Part shown: positions 1 to 10,387 of the stretch, in pieces | How the letters are laid out: each line of letters starts with the position of its first letter | Numbering within the stretch: position 1 is the stretch's first letter | Assembly: GCF_902459465.1 (NCBI RefSeq) | Contig: NC_047083.1 | Coordinates: forward strand, 1,736,001-1,800,000 | Source of the DNA: Asterias rubens | Taxonomy: Eukaryota | Direction: 5' to 3' | DNA length: 64,000 nucleotides | Notes under the pieces: generated by a model | The model's database searches: none | Seen by the model: the letters and a program-made list of their open reading frames with translations, nothing else | What the model was told of the DNA's origin: nothing | Position numbers and translations under genes: made by a program

Positions 1-642
1 AGTCTGCCTAGTGAAACACTTCCTTCGGTATTCTAAAAAGAATTTCCGTGCCCACCAGTGACATTATTTTTTGGGAACTTTTCAGAGCTTCATGAGACAG
101 TGTTTTCCTTTGAAAATAACAGGGTGTTTTTAACAACTGTTGTTTTTAAACAAGCTATTTTTTTCAACAAATGATTTTTTATTATTATTTTTTTTTTGTT
201 AAACAACAGATTTTTGTTAAAAACTGATTTCTGTTTACAACGGTGGGATATGCCCAAGGGAGTACATACGTCTAAAAAAAATATCTTTGTAATGTACTAG
301 TGAAGTTGATTAAGTATAATTATTACTATTATTATTGCTATAAACACCAAAACCTACCCATAAGACTTTCAGGGCACGCAGTCACCCTGACGGGAACCGG
401 TGATCCTGGATCAGACGCAGGTAAATAACGTTGGGAGCCAGTGAACATCGCTTCGCTCGCTGCATCCGAGTAAGGACTAGTCTGGCAGTTGGAGTCTCGC
501 TGACAAACGGTACTCGGGCATCAAACGTAGCGTAGGGTAGAAATCGGAACTGAAATGCCGAGCCGGAAGTGGAATCGATGCGGACTGCTTGGGGTATAGT
601 TACATCTGTGGCAACCCTTCGCTCCGCCGAACGAAACATCAA
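1..642 (-). CDS. Unidentified gene running off the left edge; two probable exons (358-642 and 1-32)
   Basis: Exon 358-642 has a strong acceptor (polypyrimidine tract + ttttacag) and a donor ATGG|gtaggt. A second acceptor ttctttttag precedes position 32. The phase-1 join gives an open frame MFTGSQRYLPASDPGSPVPVRVTACPESLM-E-YRRKCFTRQT. Protein not recognised; start codon uncertain. Confidence 0.4.
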
Positions 643-1007
643 CTGTAAAATGAGATAACAAAGAAATAAATCCCTGTTTTGGGCAAAACATTTTCAAAAT
701 TTAAATTTAAGATATCAGGCAGGACATCAGCTGTTTTGGTAATCAGAATGACCAATTACAATTAAGCTCTGCAGCAGTGAAATTAAAAACAGGAAGACCC
801 CCCTCCATCCACCATAAAACGAAAGTAGAAGTCAGGCCTATTTCCTACCTCCCAAGGTAGTTGTTAATAAGCGGGACAGTTCCGTTTTTAAAACTAAGTA
901 GTCTCTCGCGGCAGTAGAATAATGAGCGAGTCCAGATCACAAAGAACAAATCTATACACAGCAACGTAAATCATAAAGCAATCTGATAGCCAATGAAATA
1001 CCTTCCC

Positions 1008-1357
1008 TTAAAGCCAACGGACACTTTCTGAACTGAACAAAAATAAATTAAAGTTCACAGATTTACAAATAACCTACAGGGTTTACAGAAGGTAATGGTG
1101 AAAGACTTCCCTTGAACTATTGAGAAAACATTAAAACAATTATCAATTCTCGATATCGAGAATAACAGATTTATTTAAAACACATGTCATGACAGGGCGA
1201 AACGTACGGAAACAAGGGTGGGTTTCCCGTTATTTTCTCCCGACTCAGATGACCGATTGAGCTTAAATTTTCACAGGTTTGTTATTTTATAAGTTTTGAA
1301 ACACGAAGTGTGGACCTTTGGACAATACTGTTTATTGATGTTGTGCGATTGCTTTAT
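1008..1357. mobile_element. TTAA-flanked Kolobok-like MITE, family B (TTAAAGCCATTGGAC... termini)
   Basis: Further copies at ~3319-3885, 11699-12050, 12571-12927, 29351-29723, 35477-35838, 36582-36894, 53254-53623. Termini TTAA-AG...CT-TTAA; TTAA TSD with 5'-RR ends is the Kolobok signature. Confidence 0.75.
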
Positions 1358-2354
1358 AGAGAAATTGACACACCCTCCTCCAGCAAATTGGGGAAGTTTC
1401 CCCTCTTTTTCTAAGCCCACTCAACTGATGAAACTAATTTTGTTAAAGTAGTTATGATAGTTGCTCCTTAAAAACATAAAACAACTTTAAACTAAAAGTA
1501 TTAGGGCACGGTTTCATAAAGCTGTCAAACAGTACTTTGCTAAGCTTAGAAAACTGTTGCTTAGCAAAAATAGGTAACTGGCTTATAAAAAATTAAAATT
1601 GTTTGTGACAATTTTGTTATTAGCAGAACAATTCACTTAGCACAACTTTCTCATGCTTGCTTGTTATTAGCAAAACAATTTACTAAGCACAACTTTCTCG
1701 TGCTTGCTACATCGTTTTCCAGAAAGAAGTAATTTTCCACTAAAATATATGAATTTGATATTAAGACCCGAAATCAAGCATCTGAAAGCATACCACTTCG
1801 TGTGACAAGGGTGTTTTTTCTTTCATTAGTATCGCGCAAGTTCGACGACCGATTGGGTTCAAATGTTCACAGGTTTGCAATTTAGTTGTTGAGATACAAC
1901 TTAGACAATTACAAATAGAGTCCAGTGTCTTTAAGAAAACTCAGAAAACTTACCTGTGAATATTTCATGGATACTGTTTCTCCTGTTAGTGGGGGTGGGG
2001 GTGGGTTGGGTCAGGGGGAGGGGAGAAAAAGAAAGAGGACAATGTTAGAATAGGATGTCAGTATGTTTTCTTTTCACACTCACAGTCAGGGACATTGTTT
2101 GACGGCACTTCTGTAGACACTATTGGTAATTATTCAAACTAACATAAAAACTTACTTGGTAAACAAGCAATGGAGAGCTGATAGTATAAAAACATTGTGA
2201 GAAACGACTCCCTATGAAGTGACTTAGTGTTTGAGAAAGAAGTAATTTCTCAATAAAATATTTGAACTGAATTCAAGACATCAGATGTTGAGAACACACC
2301 AAGTGAGAAGACGGACCAGTCTTTGACAATTATCAAAGGTGTCCATCAGTGCCT

Positions 2355-2720
2355 TTAAAGCCAGTGGACACTATTGGTAATTTTCAAAGACCAGTCTTCT
2401 CACTTGGTGTATCTCAACATATATGCATTAAATAACAAACCTGTGAAAATTTGAGCTCGATTGGTCGCCAAAGTTGCGAGATAACTATGAAAGAAAAAAA
2501 CACCCTTGTTACACGAAGCTGTGTGCTTTCAGATGTTGATTTCGAGACCTCAAGTTCTAAATTTGTGGAAAATTACTTCTTTCTCCAAAACTACGTCACT
2601 TCAGAGGGAGCCAATTCTCACAATGTTTTATAATCAACCTCTCCCCATTACGCGGCACCAAGAAAGGTTTTATGCTAACAATTATTTTGAGTAATTACCA
2701 ATAGTGTCCACTGCCTTTAA
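2355..2720. mobile_element. TTAA-flanked Kolobok-like MITE, family A (TTAAAGGCAGTGGACACTATTGGTAATT TIR, ~370-390 bp)
   Basis: Near-full copies also at 8233-8606, 9903-10280, 13912-14298, 23032-23378, 34731-35115, 55268-55660, 57269-57664, 61898-62284. Partial copies at ~1720-1934, 2105-2358, 15751-16068, 54350-54690, 60640-60833. Explains the recurring pseudo-ORFs (MISRPQV.., [11 protein letters not shown]..). Confidence 0.85.
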
Positions 2721-2939
2721 AGTTTAATGTTATATGAAGTCGACTGTATTTGCTGTGCGCCTCTTAAGACATTGCAAAGGACAGATAAATTTTGTTACAA
2801 AATTCAAAATTGAGTACATCTAACACAAAATGGACAAAACAGTAAGGAGTAACAATAAAATACAGGGCCACACTCGGCGGCGACAGCCCTAGCTCTAACC
2901 CTAACTCTAACCCTGGAGTGGCCCTGTATTCTACAATTG

Positions 2940-3200
2940 TACCATCCTTTGTCCTCGCCACTTCACTCCTATTGGTTCATAGCCACCAATATTGTTTCTG
3001 AAATAGGAACTTTGATTGGCTGTTATTTTCCCGCTTCTTCTGGATCCTTCCCTTAATCCCTTTCCCCTCTCTTTTTCTATAAATGGATATGTATTTGTTT
3101 GTACTTGTTTTATGCCTCTGAAGAAGGTCCGGTTTGGATCGTAAGCTAAGGCCACCTACCCTATTCACTATATTTGTACCAAGAGTAAAAACACCATGGC
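2940..3200. repeat. Dispersed ~260-bp repeat, second copy at ~25940-26200
   Basis: Near-identical sequence (ccactcctattggttcatagccaccaatattgtttctgaaataggaac...) in both places; similar spurious ORFs in the track. Confidence 0.8.
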
Positions 3201-3387
3201 AAATGTTGACTTTTTTGTCACTCACACTATAGGCCTACACCTTGAAAATCAAAGATGAAATTGGGCTGTATCCAAAGACACCCGATGACACCCAACTGTG
3301 TGAGAACAATACTCCTAATTAAAGCCATTTGGACCCTTTCCGTACACAAAAAAAAAAAAAAAAAGGGAACAGATTTACAAATAATTT

Positions 3388-3563
3388 CAGGGCTGTATGC
3401 TTCATTTTTGAAAGGTCAAGGGCACCAAGGCATTTTCTCTTTGGCAAAGGGCACCCTATGAGGAAATTGTAAATTTCTACTGGAACATTTCAAGGGCACC
3501 AAGGCAATGGCCAGGGGCAACGGAGGCAATTGCCTTCGTTACCTCCGTGAAGCATCAGGCCTG
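3388..3563. mobile_element. Short MITE with CAGG(G/C)CTG termini (hAT-like), nested in a family-B MITE
   Basis: Interrupts family-B sequence, with taattt on both sides. Related copy at 58637-58795 and fragment near 39510-39560. Superfamily assignment is inference. Confidence 0.6.
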
Positions 3564-4400
3564 TAATTTACCGAGTTTACAGAAGGTAACGGTGAAAGAC
3601 TTCTCTTGAAATATTAGTCCATGAAATGCTTTACTTTTTGAGAAAACGGTAAAACAATATAAATTCTCGTTAGCGAGAATTACGGATTTATTTTAAACAC
3701 ATGTCATGACACGGCGAAACGCGCGGAAACAAGAGTTGGTTTTCCCGTTATTTTCTCCCGACTCCGATGACCGATTGGGCCTAAATTTTCACAGGTTTGT
3801 TGTTTTATATATAAGTTGTGATACACGAAGTGTGGGACTTGGACAATACTGTTTACCGAAAGTGTAGCCTATAATGGCTTTTTAAGGGGCTGTCACCATC
3901 ATGATCAAAGACGGCCTGTGGCTATAGTATCATAAAAATACTATCACTATTAATTAGAGCCTCTGTCAGTTCTGCACACGCTTTACATTATACTGAGGGG
4001 AGGGTATGTTGGTAGTAATTAGGTGAGAGTTCACAATTCCATGGGACCCCAAAGGCCTGCTTTAATTGTGACTGGAGTGCTCCTTTAAATTTGTTAACCT
4101 ACACTGTAAACCTTGTTTAAAGAGTAATACACAAACAGTATTCAGACTGCCACTGATTTTTACCCCTTCCTGAAAGTGGAAGAGTCTGATACAAACTATA
4201 AGTAGGTGGTCATGAAGGGGATTTCCCTAACAGGCACCTGGTGGATGTTTTATTTGTTCTGTTTGATTTTAATATTAATGGACTTTGTTTGAGTTTCTAG
4301 AACTTCTGGGTAGGTGGAGAATACAAAAGGTTACTTCCATGTTTCCAGTTGTGTGAGTGTAATAGTCTAAACTTATCCAAGGTCAAAAGATAAAGAGGAG

Positions 4401-4859
4401 GGGCCAATATCATAGAGCTGCTTAAGCACAAAATTTTGCTTAAGCAAAAAAATACTTGCTTAGTAAAATCAGATTACCTGCCAAGACTCCACTCAATTGT
4501 TATGCTAAGTAAACAACAGCTAAATACCAGTCACACGCAATGTACATGGCATGAAATTTGAAACAGTAACATGTGTAAAATAAGCGAGCTATTTTCGTGT
4601 TTTTAAAGCAAACTTTTTGCTTATGAAATAGAGCTGCTAAGCACAAAAATTTGCTTAGCTTGACATTTTTTGTCTTGATAAAAACAGAATTACCAACCAA
4701 ATTTCCACGTGATTTTCAGGATAAGCAAACAACAGCTGAATACCTGTAACAAGCAATATGCAACAAGTGGAAATTTGGTTGGTAATCCTGTTTTAATCAA
4801 GGAAGAAATTTTTGTGCTAAGCAAATTTTTGTGCTAAGCAGCGCTATGAAATTGGGCCC
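4401..4859. mobile_element. MITE with GGGCCCAATTTCAT-type TIRs (Harbinger-like)
   Basis: Inverted termini gggccaatatcatagagctgcttaagcac / gctaagcagcgctatgaaattgggccc. Relatives at ~1504-1700, 17177-17416, 23865-24075, 45482-45712. Confidence 0.65.
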
Positions 4860-5232
4860 ATGACTTGACATTTTAAACACTGGTACGCAGGCCCGGGGCA
4901 AGTGATTTTAGCATTTGGGCACTTGACAAGTCTAGCGGAGGACTTGTAGCTCAAAACATTCACCGAAACAGAGAATGTGCTACAAGACCTGTATCAAAAT
5001 GAGAAGAATACTTCAAATTGAAGCTGATTTTTGAACAAGCACTTGGTAAAAGAAGATGTGATAGCACTATGTCATAAAACACATTGTACAGTAATTGTAC
5101 TAAAAATGCAATGAGGTCTAGATTCAAATTAAAAAACACAAGAGCACGAACTTGTACAATCGAAAGTTTACTGTCCAAATGCTAAAAACACTGGACTCGG
5201 CCTGCGGTCCAATGTTAATTTCGAACCCTGCA

Positions 5233-5582
5233 CTTAAAGATGCTACGTCAGATTTTTGGCACCAAACATTAAAAAATAGATTTTTTTGAGTGAATGGTAT
5301 TTCAAAGAGTATCGCCCCCCAAAAAAAGTTGAACTTTTACTTTTAATGGTCAGGAACCATGACAAAAATGTAAAACGTTTCTTATAAAACACATAAGAAT
5401 TGGTCACGTATAATATATTGTTGGGATCTTTATTTCACTGTTTCTAATAATTTGCGGACTTTTTCGAGCAATGGCTCAAATGAAAGCTTGTAACTTTCTC
5501 AACCCCCGTCAAAATAAAAATTTTAAATCAAAATTTTTGAGTCAAATCGGCCAAAAATCTGACATAGGGCCCTAGCATCTTT
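5233..5582. mobile_element. TTAA-type MITE (ttaaagatgctacgtcagatttttgg / aaaatctgacatag...agcatcttt)
   Basis: Imperfect terminal inverted repeats starting TTAA-AG. Confidence 0.5.
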
Positions 5583-5835
5583 CAAAACAAATCACCAGAC
5601 CTCAAGTCAGATAAAAATACAAAACTGTCTGTCACGGTCATCAAAGCATGACACTCCCTTTAAGCAGTTCTAGCTAAAACTTTTCCAGAAAACCTCTTAA
5701 AAGTTTGAGCAGTATGTGACTTGCAGTGTTCAAGAAGGTTCAATGATAATTAGGTGGTGGTGATAGATTAGGTTCCAGGGATTGTTGAAGTTCATTTCTC
5801 CTGGAACGTACGAAGGGTTTACGTAAGTAAGCTTG

Positions 5836-5905
5836 GGCTGGGGGAGGGGCTGGGGCTGGGGGGCGGGGGGGCTGGGGGGATGGGGGGCTGGGGGGAGGGG
5901 CTGGG
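5836..5905 (+). repeat. G-rich (GGGGCT-like)n tract, G-quadruplex-prone
   Basis: About ten G-runs of 3-7 nt separated by 1-2 nt; produces the proline-rich ORFs 5730-5994. Confidence 0.75.
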
Positions 5906-6839
5906 AATTCGTACAGATCAATGAAACAACCCGATATTTTTGTGAAAATTAATGTGAATTGAATTGAACTTACATCACTGCTTAAATTTAACAATAAACC
6001 ACAGGCTCACAAGGACACTTGATTTTAGCTTCAGGCCAGTAAGCTCATGACAGAAGTCTGTCGCCTGTCGGTCTTGTGTTTTTCAGAACTTTGAGTACCT
6101 CAATGTATTGTGTTAAATACATCATATTTTTTATGTGTGAAAGAAATTATGTCCAATTGTTAACATTCAGTCTGGTAAATTTACAAGTTTGTTGAGTATA
6201 AAAATACCCACAAAGACAAATCCAAAATTGTTGCTTAGTCATAATGTCATTTTACTATAATAATAGTGCTTGCGAGGTTCAGAAAAAATGTCAAAATAAT
6301 TTGAAACTGTAGATAGTCAGTGTTGATTTCCTCATTTTTACAATTTTTTTTGTATTATAAGTACAACATCTTGTAACAACTTCTAATTCTCTGGTGAAGA
6401 AAAGTACCTCGGCATTGAAGACAAATGAGATTAATCTTCATAAAATGTAAAGAATAGTATTATTAAAATTTACTTATTTAATAAAATAAATTCTGGTCCG
6501 ATGAATTCTTTTTAAAGGCTACAACTACAAGAAGCATGCCTGCGGTACAGTGTATAGGTCCGATATGATCTTTAACTTGACATAAAAAAACTATGCACAA
6601 TACAACAAATACAATTTATATGCCATGTTCATAAATTGAATTTTTTTTTGTCAGTTTATAAAATTATAAATAGATCTTTAAATTTATGCATTGATTGTTT
6701 CAAAACAATTTGGCCCACCATGCCATGTCAGAAATTTATTAAAAACACAAATAACCATATTATTCATAAACAAATACAGTGTTTAAAGTGTTACATTTGC
6801 ACTAACCTTAATCAAACCTTTCTTGTAAGAAGATAAACC

Positions 6840-7230
6840 TCGCGACAAACCGTTGTTCCTACAGCTATCTAGAGCAGCGTGAATTCAACGCCGAACGTCC
6901 CCCGTTGAATGGACAGTTACAACCGGTCAAATTCCTCTGACGCTTCCGCTGCGGTAGTCACTCTCTTCTCGGTAAACAACAGAAACCGGCAGGGTGACAG
7001 GCACGGGGAAAACCAGAACAAGCATTTCCAAGCACAGTTCCGCCTTTATTCACTGCAACTGCAAATGCAGTCTCTCGTCCGTTGATAAACAAATCTAAAT
7101 ATGACATATTTAACTCTCAAAATAATCAGTTCTTGGAATTCAAACGCGGGGGAACATCATGTACCTCCGGCCGTGTGCACAGAAAACTACAGCCCAAATC
7201 CGGAAGTAGGTCCCGGATGGTTAAAGGGGC
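6840..7230 (-). promoter_or_regulatory. Probable non-coding first exon and promoter of the left-edge gene
   Basis: GC/CpG-richer island ending in a donor-like gcgag|gtttat near 6840; CCGGAAGT ETS-type motif near 7200; no sustained ORF. Confidence 0.35.
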
Positions 7231-8900
7231 ACTCACAATCCGTTGTGCTTTTTTAAATGGCTGGTTTATTTACTATTTTTTGTTCTTCTTCTTCAAAATG
7301 TTTAACCAATCTCTCGGAAACAACACACAGAAAAAATATAACTTTGCCTCCAATGCAATAAATTTGCTATGTACGCTGTTAAGGGAAAAATTATGTAGGG
7401 GAAATTGAGTGTCTGCAGAAAATAGGATCATCCACAAGATGCGCGCTATGACCTAGCTAGCCAAATAGATACGTGACAAAAAGTGTCTTTATTGTCGGGT
7501 CGTGGGGGGGGGGGGGGGGGGGGGTTGCATTCGGGTGGTCCTTTATCCAGGGTCCAATTTAATAAGGGGAAAAAATCTTGGAGGAAAGTGCCAAAATAAC
7601 ATTTTGACAATCATCTGGCCAAGCACCATTTTCTGTTTAAACAATAAAAAAGGTACAAATAGGGCCAACATATCAGTTGACAATGTATGTGGAGGTATTT
7701 TGTCTGCAGGTTATTTAAGTTTGTAAGTCACACCACTTGTGGCAATTGAATAGATAAAGTCTGCAAGAATGTTATATCGTACACTAGGAGCCTGGCTGGT
7801 AGAGCATGCAGAATGCACTACCTTGTCATTTATTTTATGAATCAGTTACGGTCAAGTGTCTTGTCTTGCTCAAGGGCACAAGTGTCATACTGGAATCGAA
7901 CCCAAACACTGCTGCTGACAATGCCAGAGCTCAGAACCAAAGATTACAGAGCGCCGAAGGCACATAAGATGCAGAACTGAAGCTTTATCTATTGTTGAAC
8001 GTGAAATACAGGCGCCATTTCAGCAAGTGAATGTTTTGTTTCCTATTGATAGGAATGGTCATTTTCTGCACTGATCTATTATTGTATCAAAAGAGTTACT
8101 TGCCGAAATGGCATCCAGTGGGATTTCACATTTTAGCCCGAGTTCCACATCTTGCACCTTCGGTGCTCTATATAATCTTTGCTCAGAAACAGTGTACTGG
8201 ACCGCTCGGCCATGACTCTCCATTTCTTTGACTTAAAGGCAGTGGACACTATTGGTAATTACTCTAAATATTTATTAGCATAAAACCTTACTTGGTAACG
8301 AGTAATGGGGAGAGGTTGGTAGTATAAAACATTGTGAGAAACGGCTCCATCTGAAGTGCCATAGTTTTCGAGAAAGAAGTAATTTTCCATGAATTTGATT
8401 TCGAGACCTCAGATTTAGAAGTTGAGGTCTCGAAATCAACCATCTAAATGCACACAACTTCTTGTGACAAGGGTGTTTTTTCTTTCATTATTATCTCGCA
8501 ACTTCGAGCTCAAATTTTCACAGGTTTGTTATTTAATGTAATGTTGAGATACACCAACTGTGAAGGCTAGTCTTTGACAATTACTAATAGTGTCCACTGC
8601 CTTTAATGATCTTAATATCAAATAAAAGGCACTCTTGATTACAAATGGTCAGCGTTGTATAGACGCTGGGGATTCAGTCGACTGAAAATAAAAATAATAT
8701 CTCATCTGGATCTAAACTTTACAGGGCACTGATAGAAACAAAATCTTATCTTTGATTGGCCTAAAACCATTGTGAGAAGGCAACCTCAAACAAAACACAA
8801 AGAACATTTTTTACAAATTGTCTCCTGTTTATTTATCTGTCGATGACCCAAGATCTTTAAACCTACAAAATACTAAAAGTTTTAAGAGTTGATACTTCAT

Positions 8901-9234
8901 TTTAAAGGAACGATACAGAATTGGTTTTACTAAAAAAACAGTTGCTGGCAGTGTAAGCACTTTATGTAATCCACCATATACATAATAGTGAAAAAAATAT
9001 TACTTATTTTGCATGACATTGATGCAAACAAAAAAATTAATAAAACGCTCACTGAATTAAACTCCAAACGCAAAGTTAAATTATTTAATTCTCATCAAAT
9101 ATGGCATTTCAGGTAGAAATATTTCAAGGGACGTTTTCTACTATCATCATCATTAATTGACCGTGTAAGTTTTATGTAAATCTGTGATCTTCATGATTTT
9201 TTTTTTCGTACCAATTCTGTAACAGTCCTTTAAA
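8901..9234. mobile_element. TTAA-flanked MITE (ttaaaggaacgatacagaattgg / ccaattctgtaacagtcctttaa)
   Basis: Terminal inverted repeats; related copy at ~24618-24990. Confidence 0.6.
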
Positions 9235-9480
9235 GTTGGCATCTCGATGCACTTTCTGTGAAGAGTCTCTGCTCTAAAAGCAGGCAGCGGAGATAACGAG
9301 TGTTGCTTTAAAGATCAGAGAAATGTGACGTTTTGAAGAAATACTAAAGCACAAAACTGTTCTGAAAAAGTTCACAAGAATAACACTTCCAGAGTAAACC
9401 TTTATTCAAGAAAAGGACAATTGAACATAATTGTTTCTCTTCACCCAGGAGCTAATAGGTGCCTGTGAGGGCATGAATGT

Positions 9481-9618
9481 GAGACTTTCTGGGACGATAG
9501 AGGGCAGCAGACTTACCGGGTAAATCCATTGTTCTCAGAATTATGCGCATGTTCAGAACTACGTAAACAATGGAAACTTACCCGGTATGTCTGCTGCCAC
9601 CTAGCGTTGGAAAGTCTC
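9481..9618. mobile_element. Short palindromic MITE with CTCF-like motifs in its arms
   Basis: Arms gagactttc..gatagagggcagcagacttaccgggtaa / ttacccggtatgtctgctgccacctagcgttggaaagtctc; partial relatives at ~24995-25030 and 56628-56670. Confidence 0.6.
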
Positions 9619-10387
9619 CTATTGTTCTTGTGATTGATTTAGCTTGGTGCGCATGCGCAACATAATTGGCAGCACAGGTTGTATTACTTCAAAGGACGCT
9701 GAGATGGTTAGAATGTGAAATAAATGGCCCAGTAACTGGGGTAGTAATGTTCACAAGCCATGCTTAAAACCTGGTAGAAGAACAGCTCCACATGTCATTA
9801 TTGTTGTATGGTTATTAAAACAGTAATCACCACACCATGAACAACCTGATTTGTGAAATGGTATACCATTGAGCAGTGTGAGAAGTTTTACTAAAGAGAT
9901 TATTAAAGGCACTGGACACTATTGGTAATTACTCAAAATAATTGTTCGCATACAAACTTACTTTGTACTTTGTACTAGCCGTTGCTAGTATAAAACATTG
10001 TGAGAAAAGGCTCCCTCTGAAGTAATGTAGTTTTTGAGAAAGAAGTAACTTCTCAGCAAAATATTTCAATTGAATTCGAGACCTCAGCTGAGGTCTCGAA
10101 TTCAAGGCATCTGAAAGCACACAACTTGTGCGACAAGGGAGTTTTTCTTCCATTATTCTCTGGCAACTTCGACAACTTATTGAGTTCAATTTTTCACAGG
10201 TTTGTTATTTTATGCATGTTGAGATGCACCAAGTGAGTAGACTGGTCTTTGACAATTATCAAAGGTGTCAGTGCCTTTAAAACTTTGCAAATATTACTAT
10301 TAGTTTGTCTACGTGTTTGATCTTTTACAGAAGTAAAAAAAAGTATCTATAAAAATTTACGACTTCAATGATTTGATTGATTCAAGG

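Noticed and set aside
372-420. Plus-strand micro-exon (ttcag|..|gtaaat)
   Set aside because: The minus-strand model has stronger splice signals and a phase-compatible next exon.
2451-2694. Recurring ~60-90 aa ORFs (MISRPQV.., MSSIGR.., MCAFRWL..) seen many times in the track
   Set aside because: All fall inside family-A MITE copies; no transposase motifs; frames differ between copies.
2885-2915. Interstitial telomere
   Set aside because: Only ~5 degenerate CCCTAA-like hexamers.
5730-5994. Proline-rich protein
   Set aside because: Translation of a C-rich simple repeat; no convincing splice context for that frame.
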